A stretch of 64,000 bases of DNA from Corynebacterium sp. (GCF_030532195.1 NZ_JAUNLP010000006.1:121211-185210); one strand, 5' to 3'. Shown: positions 20,235 through 30,348, counted from the first letter of the stretch. Notes: generated from the sequence alone by a model not told the origin. Numbers and translations are program-made.

Positions 20235-21863
20235 ATGACGACTGCCGCAAATACACAAACCGGTGAAACTCCGGATTTGACCACAACCGCTGGAAAATTG
20301 GCCGATCTGCGAGCACGCCTCGCAGAAACTCAGGCCCCAATGGGACAGGCCGGTATCGACCGTGTCCACGACAAGGGCAAGATGACCGCTCGTGAGCGCA
20401 TCGAGTTCCTGTTGGATGAGGGCTCTTTCGTGGAGGTTGACGCTCTTGCACGTCACCGCTCCAAGAACTTCGGCCTCGACGCAAAGCGTCCCGTCACCGA
20501 TGGTGTCGTGACTGGTTACGGCACCATTGATGGCCGCCAGGTCTGCGTCTTCTCGCAGGACGGTGCCATCTTCGGTGGCGCGCTCGGTGAGGTCTACGGT
20601 GAAAAGATTGTCAAGATTATGGATCTGGCAATCAAGACCGGTGTTCCGATTATCGGCATCAACGAGGGTGCGGGCGCCCGCATCCAGGAGGGCGTTGTCT
20701 CCCTCGGCCTTTACTCCCAGATCTTCTTCCGCAACACCCAGGCATCGGGCGTTATCCCGCAGATTTCGCTGATTATGGGCGCCTGCGCCGGTGGCCACGT
20801 TTACTCTCCGGCACTGACCGACTTCATCGTCATGGTCGACGGCACTTCGAAGATGTTCATCACCGGCCCGGACGTCATCAAGACTGTCACCGGTGAGGAA
20901 GTCACTCAGGAAGAGCTCGGTGGCGCTGGTACTCACATGTCCACCTCCGGTACCTCGCACTACACCGCTGCTGATGATGAGGACGCACTGACCTTCGTTC
21001 AGGAACTGGTCAGCTACCTGCCGTCCAACAACCGGGCAGAGGCTCCGCGTATGGAGGCCGAGCCGTTCGAGGGCTCCATCGCTGACAACATCACTGAGAC
21101 CGACCTTGAGCTCGATACCCTGATTCCGGACTCCCCGAACCAGCCGTACGACATCAAGGAAGTCATCACCCGCCTGGTCGACGACGAGGACTTCCTGGAG
21201 ATTCAGGAAGACTACGCTCAGAACGTTGTCATCGGCTTCGGTCGCATCGAGGGCCGTTCGGTCGGCTTCGTTGCTAACCAGCCGATTCAGTTCGCAGGCT
21301 GCCTGGACATCAAGGCTGCTGAGAAGGGAGCTCGCTTCGTCCGCACCTGTGACGCCTTCAATATCCCGATTGTGATGCTGGTTGACGTTCCTGGCTTCCT
21401 GCCGGGCACCAACCAGGAGTTCGACGGCATCATTCGCCGTGGCGCCAAGCTGCTGTACGCATACGCTGAGGCCACTGTTCCGAAGATCACCGTCATTACC
21501 CGTAAGGCATACGGCGGAGCTTACTGCGTGATGGGCTCCAAGGACATGGGCGCTGACATCAGCCTCGCATGGCCGACTGCTCAGATTGCCGTCATGGGTG
21601 CCTCCGGCGCCGTCGGCTTCATCTACCGCAAGGAGCTCAAGGCTGCTGCAGCCGAGGGCAAGGATGTTGCTGCACTGCAGAAGGAGTACGAGGCAGAGTA
21701 CGAAGCCACCTTGGTCAACCCGTACATGGCTGCTGAGCGCGGCTTCGTCGATGCCGTCATCGCTCCGAGCGAGACCCGTGGCCAGCTCATCGAGGGCCTC
21801 CGCCTGCTCGACCGCAAGGTTGTCAACGTACCCGCCAAGAAGCATGGGAACATTCCGCTGTGA
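20235..21863 (+). CDS. accD2: Acyl-CoA carboxylase carboxyltransferase beta subunit (DtsR2/AccD2/AccD5-like)
   Basis: Tandem paralogue of the preceding gene ([39 protein letters not shown]). It is followed directly by accE. I chose the start at ATG 20235; the symbol is tentative. Confidence 0.88.
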   Translation: MTTAANTQTGETPDLTTTAGKLADLRARLAETQAPMGQAGIDRVHDKGKMTARERIEFLLDEGSFVEVDALARHRSKNFGLDAKRPVTDGVVTGYGTIDGRQVCVFSQDGAIFGGALGEVYGEKIVKIMDLAIKTGVPIIGINEGAGARIQEGVVSLGLYSQIFFRNTQASGVIPQISLIMGACAGGHVYSPALTDFIVMVDGTSKMFITGPDVIKTVTGEEVTQEELGGAGTHMSTSGTSHYTAADDEDALTFVQELVSYLPSNNRAEAPRMEAEPFEGSIADNITETDLELDTLIPDSPNQPYDIKEVITRLVDDEDFLEIQEDYAQNVVIGFGRIEGRSVGFVANQPIQFAGCLDIKAAEKGARFVRTCDAFNIPIVMLVDVPGFLPGTNQEFDGIIRRGAKLLYAYAEATVPKITVITRKAYGGAYCVMGSKDMGADISLAWPTAQIAVMGASGAVGFIYRKELKAAAAEGKDVAALQKEYEAEYEATLVNPYMAAERGFVDAVIAPSETRGQLIEGLRLLDRKVVNVPAKKHGNIPL

Positions 21864-22120
21864 CCGATTCCAACAACACCCCAGCAACCGAAGAAAAGGA
21901 CGCCGCTGCAGCCTCGGCTGCACCGTTCATGTCCGTCCTCAAGGGCAATCCATCCGACGCTGAGACCGCTACTCTCGCGCTCTTGTTCGCGGGAATGGCT
22001 GCAGCTGGCGGTGCCAAGGAGGACCACGGACCCCGCAACGACTGGGGCCGGTTGGAGGAAGGCTTCAACCAGCCACACCGGTACGTTCCGGGCACAATCC
22101 GCAACGTCCACTTTTACTAG
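21860..22120 (+). CDS. accE: Acyl-CoA carboxylase epsilon subunit
   Basis: The GTG start overlaps the accD2 stop (GTGA). 86 aa, Ala-rich, with [21 protein letters not shown] typical of AccE. Confidence 0.75.
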   Translation: MTDSNNTPATEEKDAAAASAAPFMSVLKGNPSDAETATLALLFAGMAAAGGAKEDHGPRNDWGRLEEGFNQPHRYVPGTIRNVHFY

Positions 22121-22183
22121 GACAGCTACCGCTTACCGCGTAGTCGTTACCGCTTGCTAGTGGCGTCAATTCGCTAGCGCGCA

Positions 22184-22220
22184 GCGCCATCATCGCTAAT
22201 TAGTCGATGGTGGCGCTTTT
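22184..22220 (+). terminator. Terminator after the accD1-accD2-accE operon
   Basis: GCGCCATCATCG ... CGATGGTGGCGC stem followed by TTTT. Confidence 0.7.
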
Positions 22221-22246
22221 GCCTTGCCCAGATAGACTTTGGTGCT

Positions 22247-23140
22247 ATGAACTCCAAGTCACTGTCCGCTGGACTTTTTGCGTTATTGCTGGTGCTCGTC
22301 GGCTGCACACCGTCCGACAACACCGAGAGCCCTACTGACTCTGCTGCTACAGAGTCTGGTGCCGTCGCCAAGCGCATCGTCTCCCTCTCTCCCACCGCGA
22401 CGGAAACGCTCTTTGACATCGGCGCGGGCGACCAAGTCGTAGCGGTCGATTCGCTTTCCGACGTCCCGGAGAACGCACCTCGCCGTGATTTCAGTGGCTT
22501 TCAGCCGAACCCTGAGGCCGTGATTGCGGAGGATCCGGACCTTGTTATTGCCAGCCAGGATGCCAATGGGCTTGGGGCAGCGCTCGAGGCGGTGGGCATT
22601 GAGCTTTTAGTGCTTCCGGCGGCTGCAACGTTTGAGCAGGCCTACGAGCAAATTGAGCAGATTGGCGAGCGCACTGGGCACAGTGATGACTCCAAGAAGC
22701 TGGTCAGCCAGATGAAGGAGGATATCGCCGCGGCGGTGGACAGCGTGGATCCTGCCATCCGCAAGGAGGGCTTGAACTACTTCCACGAGGCGGATCCGAC
22801 TCTCTACAGCGCTGGAGACTCGACTTTTATCGGGCAGGCGTATGCGATGTTCGGCATGAAGTCGATTGCAGGACCGAGTGACGGCTACCCACAGCTGACC
22901 AATGAGGCTGTCATTGATGCTAATCCGGATCTGATTTTCCTGGCCGACAGCGGCGCGGACGGTGGCGTGACTCCTGATGATGTCTCCGCGCGTCCAGGCT
23001 GGAACGAGATTGATGCGGTGAAGAACAATCGCATCATTGAGCTGGATGCCAACTTGGCCAGTCGCTGGGGACCGCGTTTGCCGCAGTTGATTGAAGCCAT
23101 TGCCGATGCGGTAAAGGCCTACCAGCCGGTACCAGCGTAG
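22247..23140 (+). CDS. ABC transporter substrate-binding lipoprotein (Fe3+-siderophore/haem/cobalamin, BtuF/FecB type)
   Basis: Lipobox LLVLVGC. RIVSLSPTATETLFDIGAGDQVVAV is typical of the PF01497 periplasmic-binding family. Confidence 0.8.
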   Translation: MNSKSLSAGLFALLLVLVGCTPSDNTESPTDSAATESGAVAKRIVSLSPTATETLFDIGAGDQVVAVDSLSDVPENAPRRDFSGFQPNPEAVIAEDPDLVIASQDANGLGAALEAVGIELLVLPAAATFEQAYEQIEQIGERTGHSDDSKKLVSQMKEDIAAAVDSVDPAIRKEGLNYFHEADPTLYSAGDSTFIGQAYAMFGMKSIAGPSDGYPQLTNEAVIDANPDLIFLADSGADGGVTPDDVSARPGWNEIDAVKNNRIIELDANLASRWGPRLPQLIEAIADAVKAYQPVPA

Positions 23141-23194
23141 CGCGACCATCCCGCCCCCAAACCAGCTACAACCAGCTAGAAGTACGTACTCCAT

Positions 23195-24208
23195 ATGCCC
23201 AAAGGCATCTTGTCCATTTCCCTCGCTAGCCTCGCGCTGCTGGCGACTTTTGTTGTCGGCATCTTTATCGGCGCGGCACCGCTGCCGGTTGCCGGGGTCT
23301 TCCATGCACTCTCAGGCGGTCTGATTGGCTCAGATGAAGTGGCGCTGACTACCCGGGAATCGGCAATTCTCTTCAATGTTCGTCTGCCACGAGTGGTACT
23401 GGCAGCCCTGATGGGAGCCGCACTGGCCACAGCTGGTGCCGCCTACCAAGCGGTGTTCCGCAACCCGCTTGCCGATCCATACCTCCTCGGCATCTCCTCC
23501 GGCGCTTCGCTGGCAGTCACAGTTGGCATTCTCTTCGGCATCGCCACTGCCGCAATCCCGGCAGTCGGTTTCCTCGGCGGCGTTGCGGCGGTAGCGGTGA
23601 CGTATTTGGTGGGAACCTCGCTAGGCGACCGCTCCTCCCCCGTCACAGTCATTCTCGCAGGCGTTGCCGTAGCTGCTTTTGCCAATGCCATGCAGCAATT
23701 CCTGCTGCAGAGGAATGAGAACTCACTGAGGCAGGTCTACGGCTGGATGCTCGGCCAACTGGGCACGGCCACGTGGCGATCCGTGCTCACAGTCGCGATA
23801 CCGATTGCGCTGGGAGTCTGCGTCATCGTAGCGTCGTCACGCATCTTGGACGTACTGAGCGTCGGCGATACGGAGGCGGCATCACTCGGACTGAATGTGG
23901 GGCTTACGCGCATCGTCATGGTGTGCGCCGCGACGCTCATTACCGCCGCGGCGGTCAGCGTGTCCGGGCTGATTGGGTTCGTGGGCATCATCGTGCCGCA
24001 CGCGCTGCGGCTCATCGTGGGGCCGGGACATCGGCTCCTACTGCCGTTGGTCGTGCTGGTGGGTGCGACCTTTTTGCAGCTTGCCGATATCGTCGGACGC
24101 ACCGTGCTGGCGCCTGCTGAGGTTCCCGTCGGTGTCGTGACCGCCGCTGTCGGTGGCCCGTTCTTCCTGTTCCTGCTTCGTCGCTACGGCAAGTCAAGGG
24201 GACGCTAA
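23195..24208 (+). CDS. FecCD-family iron-chelate ABC permease
   Basis: 337 aa, about 9-10 TM helices. Conserved RLPRVVLAALMGAALA and GIIVPHALRLIVG segments. Confidence 0.88.
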   Translation: MPKGILSISLASLALLATFVVGIFIGAAPLPVAGVFHALSGGLIGSDEVALTTRESAILFNVRLPRVVLAALMGAALATAGAAYQAVFRNPLADPYLLGISSGASLAVTVGILFGIATAAIPAVGFLGGVAAVAVTYLVGTSLGDRSSPVTVILAGVAVAAFANAMQQFLLQRNENSLRQVYGWMLGQLGTATWRSVLTVAIPIALGVCVIVASSRILDVLSVGDTEAASLGLNVGLTRIVMVCAATLITAAAVSVSGLIGFVGIIVPHALRLIVGPGHRLLLPLVVLVGATFLQLADIVGRTVLAPAEVPVGVVTAAVGGPFFLFLLRRYGKSRGR

Positions 24209-24978
24209 TGTCGAATTCGCTCAATTGCCGCAACGTCTCATTCCGCTATCTCGGCGCGGACTCGCCGTCGCTGAGCGATGTCTCCTTGACCGCGAGCGCC
24301 GGCGAGTGGCTCAGCATCATCGGTCCCAACGGCTGCGGTAAGTCAACGCTTCTGCACTGCATCGCGGGCTTAAACCGCTTCACTGGAGATATCGAAGTCG
24401 CCGGCGGCAATCCCCGCCGCATTGCCCGCCGCCAGCTCGCCCAAAAAGTCGCGCTTATGCCGCAACAACCCGTCATTCCGGAGGGTCTGCGCATCCGCGA
24501 CTACATCGCGCTCGGCCGCACACCGTATCGCGGACGCGAGGGCGGTGTGGTCGACGCGGTCATGGAACGCCTCAATCTCACCGCTTACGCGCAGCGCACG
24601 CTTAACGACGTCTCCGGCGGCGAACTCCAACGAGTAGTACTGGCCCGCTCGCTGGCGCAGGAACCTGAGGTGTTGCTTCTTGATGAACCCACCTCTGCCC
24701 TCGACATCGGCATGGCACAACAGGTGATGGAAATAATTGATGAGATTCGCCTGGAATCCGGCCTGACTGTCATTGCCGCTGTCCATGATTTAACTCTGGC
24801 CGGGCAATACAGCGACCGCATTGCGCTACTGTCCGGTGGCAAGCTAGTTCGCGCTGGCAGCCCCAGCGAGGTGCTGACTGAGGACACGATTGCGTGCGTC
24901 TACGGAGCCTCGGTGCGTGTTATGAGTCTGGATACGAAAATAAGCGCTCCGGTTGTTATTCCGCAGCGTCCATCGTGA
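24208..24978 (+). CDS. Iron-chelate ABC transporter ATP-binding protein
   Basis: Walker A GPNGCGKST, signature SGGELQRV and Walker B LLLDEPTSALD. TAATG overlap with the permease gene. Confidence 0.9.
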   Translation: MSNSLNCRNVSFRYLGADSPSLSDVSLTASAGEWLSIIGPNGCGKSTLLHCIAGLNRFTGDIEVAGGNPRRIARRQLAQKVALMPQQPVIPEGLRIRDYIALGRTPYRGREGGVVDAVMERLNLTAYAQRTLNDVSGGELQRVVLARSLAQEPEVLLLDEPTSALDIGMAQQVMEIIDEIRLESGLTVIAAVHDLTLAGQYSDRIALLSGGKLVRAGSPSEVLTEDTIACVYGASVRVMSLDTKISAPVVIPQRPS

Positions 24979-25082
24979 CGGGTGTTGGATAGCCGCGATT
25001 AATCCTCCTCGATGTCTTCCAGCCACGGTCACCGCTGCATTCCCCGCTCAAGTTGTTAAACAAAAGGTTAAAATTAAGGGTC

Positions 25083-25685
25083 ATGACAACCCCTCGCATC
25101 GTCTTGGCATCGACTTCCCCCTCCCGGCTGAGCATCCTGCGTTCCGCGGGTATCGAGCCCGTCACCGTCGCCCCCAAGGTCGACGAAGACGCGCTCATCG
25201 CCTCCCTCGGGGACGCATCCGCCGCACGCATTGTCAAGGAACTCGCCACCGCCAAAGCACACGCCGTCGCTGACGATTACCCCAATGACATCGTTATCGG
25301 TGGGGACTCAATGCTGCTTCTCGACGGGGAGTTGCAGGGCAAACCTCACACTGAAGAAAAGACCATTCACCGCTGGCACCAGCAGCGTGGTCGGACTGCG
25401 GAGCTCATTACCGGTCACTGCATCATTACGCCCAACGGCACGCACACCGAAGCCGCCATTACTTCTCTTGACTTCGGCGATATTTCTGACGAGGACATCG
25501 AGGCCTACGCGAAAACCGGTGAGCCACTCAAGTGCGCAGGCGCATTCACCCTGGAAGCCCTCGGCGGCTGGTTCATCGATGGCATCAATGGTGACCCCTC
25601 CAGCGTCATCGGTCTATCACTGCCAGTCGTACGCCGAGCCCTCTACCACTACGGCTACTCGGTCTCACAGTTCTGGAATCGGTAG
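25083..25685 (+). CDS. maf: Maf-like nucleoside triphosphate pyrophosphatase
   Basis: IVLASTSPSRLSILRSAGI...VIGGDSML...AGAFTLEALGG motifs. I chose the start at ATG 25083, which is preceded by AAGGG. Confidence 0.88.
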   Translation: MTTPRIVLASTSPSRLSILRSAGIEPVTVAPKVDEDALIASLGDASAARIVKELATAKAHAVADDYPNDIVIGGDSMLLLDGELQGKPHTEEKTIHRWHQQRGRTAELITGHCIITPNGTHTEAAITSLDFGDISDEDIEAYAKTGEPLKCAGAFTLEALGGWFIDGINGDPSSVIGLSLPVVRRALYHYGYSVSQFWNR

Positions 25686-25765
25686 TCGCTGACCGAAGAT
25701 CTCGGTTCCTAAGGAAAATAAACGCATGTGTGGCGGCAGAGAGAATTCGGAGACCACGCGTGGTG

Positions 25766-25777
25766 CCGTCGTAAAGC
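25766..25777 (+). repeat. Dispersed 12-mer CCGTCGTAAAGC, exact copy
   Basis: 80 nt after the maf stop, abutting the A7 run and hairpin. Confidence 0.85.
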
Positions 25778-25805
25778 AAAAAAAGACCGCACCAAGGTGC
25801 GGTCT
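25777..25805 (-). terminator. Terminator of the ATP-grasp-like gene (convergent with maf)
   Basis: AGACCGCACC / GGTGCGGTCT stem (25784-25793 / 25796-25805). The A7 run on the plus strand reads as a U-tract on the minus strand. Confidence 0.75.
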
Positions 25806-25820
25806 AAGAAGCAGTGTGGG

Positions 25821-26885
25821 CTACTTATTCGCGACCTCAACGCGCTTGATGGCCTCCTGAGCGACGAGCTCCTGGATACCCATGTCCAGCTCGGAGGTGA
25901 AGCCGACGCAGGAGCAGTTGATTTCGCCAAGGACGTAGGTGTCCTCGCCGTTTTCGCCGTCTGCCAGCATGAAGTCAGCCGTCCAAATCAGCGGGATATT
26001 GTCGCCACCGAGGTTCTCAGCGATAACCGGGCGAGCCTCAGCGAACATGTCGATGAGGTCCTGCCACTCCTCCGGCTTGTTGTAGGTGTACTTTGCGCCG
26101 GAGAACAGAGTTGCGGAGAAGGCATCGCCGCCCTCGGCCGGCTTCTTGTGCACGACGAAGACTGGGTGCGGGCCAACCAGCAGAATGCGAATCTCGCCTT
26201 CGGTGATGCGCGGCATGAAGCGCATGTCCACGAGCATGCCGTTGTCACCGATGATGTACTGATCACAGAAGTCCATGAACTCGCCGAGCTCGCGGACCTC
26301 AGTGTGGTTATCCACGGCCTCGGTGCAGCGCAGCTTGGTGTTCAGCGGCAGCGGAGTGCCCGGTTCAACGGAGGCAGCGACCTCCGGGTCAGCGATGCGA
26401 ACGCGCCAGATGCCGGAGCCGGTGGATCCGCGGTTCTGCTTGAGGACGCGCTCACCGTAGGACAGGGACGTCGGGAATGCGTTGTGGAAGGCCTCAACAT
26501 CGTAGTAAGCAGCGGTGTCAGACGGAACCAGGTCCGTGTCCTTCAGCTTGACCAGTGCATCCTTGGCACCGTAAGCCATCATCTCGCCCGGGGTGGACAT
26601 ACCCACCAAACCGGCGACGGACAGGCTGGTCAGAAGATCGAAGTAGCCCTTCTCGCCGCCGGGGATGTTGCCCGGGTTAACGCGGGAGATGTAGCCGTCG
26701 AAGTTCTGGGAAACGTAGTCGTAGAGGTCGTCCTTCCACTCCGGACGGTAGTAGAGGACTTCAGCGTTCCAACCGGCCTCACGGATGGCGTTGACGATTG
26801 GCATGGTGTCTTTGCGGTGGCCGTCGAAGTACTTATCCGAGCCGCCCTCGACCTCGAATACGACGATGTTCTTGTGCACAGGCAC
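25821..26885 (-). CDS. Conserved ATP-grasp-like protein of unknown function (resembles the Cj0069 family as I recall it)
   Basis: 354 aa. VLKQNRGSTGSGIWRV and GEINCSCVGF segments are reminiscent of an ATP-grasp ligase fold. The family assignment is from memory, not from a search. Confidence 0.6.
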   Translation of the reverse strand: MPVHKNIVVFEVEGGSDKYFDGHRKDTMPIVNAIREAGWNAEVLYYRPEWKDDLYDYVSQNFDGYISRVNPGNIPGGEKGYFDLLTSLSVAGLVGMSTPGEMMAYGAKDALVKLKDTDLVPSDTAAYYDVEAFHNAFPTSLSYGERVLKQNRGSTGSGIWRVRIADPEVAASVEPGTPLPLNTKLRCTEAVDNHTEVRELGEFMDFCDQYIIGDNGMLVDMRFMPRITEGEIRILLVGPHPVFVVHKKPAEGGDAFSATLFSGAKYTYNKPEEWQDLIDMFAEARPVIAENLGGDNIPLIWTADFMLADGENGEDTYVLGEINCSCVGFTSELDMGIQELVAQEAIKRVEVANK

Positions 26886-27115
26886 TCCTAAAACAAATCA
26901 GATGGGGCAACTGGCACTCAGCCGTCTTCAACAACACAACGAATACCCAGGCAGGTAGCCCTTTAAAGCCCATATCCAGCAGAGGAATTAGCACAGTTTT
27001 TGCGCTAACTCTAAGCAAAATTTTAAGTCACAACTCCGCGGTGAAGCGCGCTGAAAAACCCCGTTTTACCCCCAACTGTGAGACTTATCCCAGGGCTGAG
27101 ATGCGCTCGCTGGGG

Positions 27116-27127
27116 CCGTCGTAAAGC
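27116..27127 (+). repeat. Dispersed 12-mer CCGTCGTAAAGC, exact copy (25-nt extended element 27103-27127)
   Basis: 129 nt upstream of the co-oriented sseA start. Confidence 0.85.
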
Positions 27128-27256
27128 GCGCAAAATTCAACCCCTTCACGGACACTATTCATCGGCCTGCCACACGACCCGTAAACTGGATATGCAATTG
27201 ACGATAAATCGTCTTGTAGTCTCACTCGCCCAACTTTTGCGCCAAGGGAGTTTCCG

Positions 27257-28141
27257 ATGGCTGTCCCGCACGACCCACACCCTCAGTTCCAGCAGTACGC
27301 CCACCCGGAGCGCCTCGTGTCCAGTTCCTGGCTTGCTGCCCGGCTGGGGTCACCGGGCCTGCGCGTTGTCGAATCCGACGAGGACGCGCTGCTCTACGAC
27401 ATCGGACATATCCCTGGCGCCGTTCGCATCGACTGGCACCGCGACCTCAACGATCCGGTGCTGCGCGACTACATCGATGCTGAAAGCTTTGCCGAGCTCA
27501 TGCGCAAAAAGGGCATCTCGCGCGACGACACCGTAGTTATCTACGGTGATAAGTCCAACTGGTGGGCGGCGTACACGCTCTGGGTCTTCGAGCTGTTTGG
27601 GCATCCCGACGTGCGGCTGCTCAACGGCGGTCGCGATGCTTGGATGACAGAGGAACGCGACACCAGCTTCGAGGTGCCCGAGTACCCTCGCACGGACTAC
27701 CCCGTGGTCAAGCGCGATGACCGCACCCTCCGCGCCTACTTCAGCGATACGCGCGAGGCAATCGGCAAGGCACCGCTTATCGACGTACGCACTCCGGAGG
27801 AATATGCCGGTGTGCGAACACACATGGTCGATTACCCACAGGAAGGCGTCCTGCGCGGTGGCCACATTCCGACTGCAGTGAACATTCCGTGGAATCAGTC
27901 CGTGCATCCGAATTCGCGCTTCCGCGATCGCGAGGAGCTCGAGGAGATTTACAAGACAGTCGACCTCGGCAATGAGGCGATTGTCTACTGCCGTATCGGT
28001 GAGCGCAGTGCGCACACGTGGTTCGTGCTGCATCACCTGCTCGGCCATGACAATGTCCGCAATTACGACGGATCCTGGGTCGAGTGGGGCAACATGATTG
28101 GCATGCCTATCGCCCGCGGTGCGGAGCCGGGCAACCTGTAG
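27257..28141 (+). CDS. sseA: Thiosulfate/3-mercaptopyruvate sulfurtransferase (tandem rhodanese)
   Basis: Two rhodanese repeats, active-site loop [12 protein letters not shown] and GHIPGAV. It lies next to accBC, as Rv3283/Rv3285 do. Confidence 0.9.
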   Translation: MAVPHDPHPQFQQYAHPERLVSSSWLAARLGSPGLRVVESDEDALLYDIGHIPGAVRIDWHRDLNDPVLRDYIDAESFAELMRKKGISRDDTVVIYGDKSNWWAAYTLWVFELFGHPDVRLLNGGRDAWMTEERDTSFEVPEYPRTDYPVVKRDDRTLRAYFSDTREAIGKAPLIDVRTPEEYAGVRTHMVDYPQEGVLRGGHIPTAVNIPWNQSVHPNSRFRDREELEEIYKTVDLGNEAIVYCRIGERSAHTWFVLHHLLGHDNVRNYDGSWVEWGNMIGMPIARGAEPGNL

Positions 28142-28491
28142 CCGATTTTGGGAGGTGTGGTCTTCTTCCCAGCCTCCCCCTAGCACCCCCAAGCAAGGGG
28201 ACGCAGATTGCACCTAAAAGCGGTAACTTCAGTCACACCCCTAGTTTTTTGTACTGGAAATCGCCATTTCGAGCGCCCCCACACGTAATTGAACACTGCT
28301 CAGGACAACATTCCCTACCCCCTTATGTCGCAACCAAAAAGGGGTTGTACGCCTCACCTGTGTCACAATGGAGGCATTGGGTCACACGCTGTTAGCTACT
28401 GCTTGCACCTGTGCGGACCTATGAAACGATTGTCGCAATTTATGCCCCGTTGAAGAATACTGCGGGGTGTCCACGAAAAATGGAGGATTTC

Positions 28492-30267
28492 GTGTCCGAG
28501 CAGACCACTCAAAAAATCACGAAGGTTCTCGTCGCCAACCGCGGCGAGATTGCCGTTCGCGTTATTCGCGCTGCGAAGGACGCCGGTATTCCTTCCGTCG
28601 CCGTTTATGCTGAGCCGGACGCCGACGCTCCTTTCGTGACCATGGCTGATGAGGCCTTCGCTCTCGGCGGCACCACTTCTGCTGAGTCCTACCTCGTTAT
28701 TGACAAGATTCTGGACGCTGCGAAGAAGTCCGGCGCTAACGCTATCCACCCGGGCTACGGCTTCCTGTCGGAAAACGGCGACTTCGCAGAGGCAGTCGAA
28801 AATGCTGGCCTGATTTGGATTGGCCCGTCGCCGGAGTCCATTCGCGCACTCGGTGACAAGGTCACCGCACGCCACATCGCTCTGAAGGCCAACGCTCCGA
28901 TGGCTCCGGGCACCAAGGAGCCAGTTAAGGACGCTGACGAGGTCGTTGCTTTCGCTAAGGAGCACGGTCTGCCAATTGCTATTAAGGCTGCATTCGGTGG
29001 TGGCGGCCGCGGTATGAAGGTCGCTCACAAGATGGAAGAGGTCGCGGACCTCTACGAGTCCGCTACCCGTGAGGCTGTCGCAGCCTTCGGTCGCGGTGAG
29101 TGCTTCGTGGAGCGCTACCTGGACAAGGCTCGCCACGTCGAGTGCCAGGTTCTGGCCGATAAGCACGGCAACGTTGTTGTCGCCTCCACCCGTGACTGCT
29201 CCCTGCAGCGTCGTTTCCAGAAGCTCGTTGAGGAAGCACCAGCTCCGTACCTGACCCCAGAGCAGGATCAGCGTCTGCGCCAGTCCGCTAAGGACATCTG
29301 CCGCGAGGCTGGCTACTACGGTGCCGGCACCGTTGAGTACCTGGTTGGCGCTGACGGCCTGATTAACTTCCTCGAGGTCAACACCCGTCTGCAGGTTGAG
29401 CACCCAGTCACCGAAGAGGTCACCGGCATGGACCTGGTTCGCGAGCAGTTCCGCATCGCTGAGGGCCACGAGCTGTCCATCAAGGAAGACCCGGAGATGC
29501 ACGGCCACGCTTTCGAGTTCCGCATCAACGGCGAGGACGCTGGCTCCAACTTCATGCCAGCTCCGGGCACCATCACCAAGTACGTCGAGCCGTCCGGCCC
29601 GGGCGTCCGCATGGACACCGGCATCAAGGAGGGCGACGTCATCGGCGGTCAGTTCGACTCCATGCTGGCCAAGCTGATCGTCTGGGGCGAGACCCGTGAA
29701 GAGGCCCTTCGTCGCTCCGCTCGTGCTCTGTCCGAGTACCAGGTTGAGGGTCTGGCAACGGTCATTCCGTTCCACCGCCACATCGTTGAGAACCCAGCAT
29801 TTATCGGCGACGGCGAGAAGTTCGATGTCTACACCAAGTGGATTGAAGAGGAGTGGGACAACCCGATTCCTCCGTACGATGGTGACTCGGACGCTGACAC
29901 CGACACCGTTCCGGCTCAGAAGGTTGTCGTTGAAATCGACGGTCGCCGCGTTGAGGTAGCCCTGCCGGGCGACCTGGCTCTGGGCGGCGGCAATGGTGGC
30001 GCCAAGAAGAAGTCCAAGAAGAAGCGCGCTGGTGGCTCCAAGAAGGTTGCTTCCGGTGACGCAGTGGTTGCTCCGATGCAGGGCACCGTCATCAAGGTCA
30101 ACGTCGAAGAGGGCCAGGAAGTCTCCGAGGGTGACACCGTGGTTGTTCTCGAGGCCATGAAGATGGAGAACCCGGTCAAGGCTCACAAGGACGGCGTTGT
30201 CACCGGCCTGGCTGCCGAGGCTGGCTCGGGTGTCGGCAAGGGCGATGTCCTGATGGAACTGAAGTAG
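28492..30267 (+). CDS. accBC: Acyl-CoA carboxylase alpha subunit: biotin carboxylase fused to biotin carboxyl carrier domain
   Basis: [17 protein letters not shown], the BC core and the C-terminal EAMKMEN biotinylation motif. I chose the GTG start at 28492, which has a GGAGGA RBS and gives 591 aa, the C. glutamicum AccBC length as I recall it. The track ORF starts at 28411. Confidence 0.95.
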   Translation: MSEQTTQKITKVLVANRGEIAVRVIRAAKDAGIPSVAVYAEPDADAPFVTMADEAFALGGTTSAESYLVIDKILDAAKKSGANAIHPGYGFLSENGDFAEAVENAGLIWIGPSPESIRALGDKVTARHIALKANAPMAPGTKEPVKDADEVVAFAKEHGLPIAIKAAFGGGGRGMKVAHKMEEVADLYESATREAVAAFGRGECFVERYLDKARHVECQVLADKHGNVVVASTRDCSLQRRFQKLVEEAPAPYLTPEQDQRLRQSAKDICREAGYYGAGTVEYLVGADGLINFLEVNTRLQVEHPVTEEVTGMDLVREQFRIAEGHELSIKEDPEMHGHAFEFRINGEDAGSNFMPAPGTITKYVEPSGPGVRMDTGIKEGDVIGGQFDSMLAKLIVWGETREEALRRSARALSEYQVEGLATVIPFHRHIVENPAFIGDGEKFDVYTKWIEEEWDNPIPPYDGDSDADTDTVPAQKVVVEIDGRRVEVALPGDLALGGGNGGAKKKSKKKRAGGSKKVASGDAVVAPMQGTVIKVNVEEGQEVSEGDTVVVLEAMKMENPVKAHKDGVVTGLAAEAGSGVGKGDVLMELK

Positions 30268-30305
30268 TTCTTAACTGAGATAGGAAGTTTCACCTTCTCC
30301 TGACG

Positions 30306-30348
30306 GCGGGGTCGGCTCGCGATGTTATTCGCAGTCGGCCCCGCTTTC
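30306..30348 (+). terminator. Terminator after accBC
   Basis: GCGGGGTCGGCT (30306-30317) / AGTCGGCCCCGC (30333-30344), 10/12 paired, followed by TTTCGC. Confidence 0.55.

Noticed and set aside
20226-21923. 565-aa ORF antisense to accD2
   Set aside because: It is the mirror frame of a gene with unmistakable carboxyltransferase motifs. Its composition is low-complexity and rich in Arg, Gly, Asp and Val, which is typical of high-GC shadow ORFs. It has no motif and no RBS.
25728-26891. 387-aa ORF antisense to the ATP-grasp-like gene. The same reasoning applies to 46193-47176, 59617-60540, 9882-10694, 8951-9427, 7846-8760, 34672-35370 and other overlapping track ORFs.
   Set aside because: All lie opposite or out of frame with better-supported genes. 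They lack RBSs and motifs, and several would cross terminators or promoters.
28396-30186. 596-aa ORF antisense to accBC
   Set aside because: It is a shadow ORF opposite a near-identical homologue of C. glutamicum AccBC. It has no recognisable domain.
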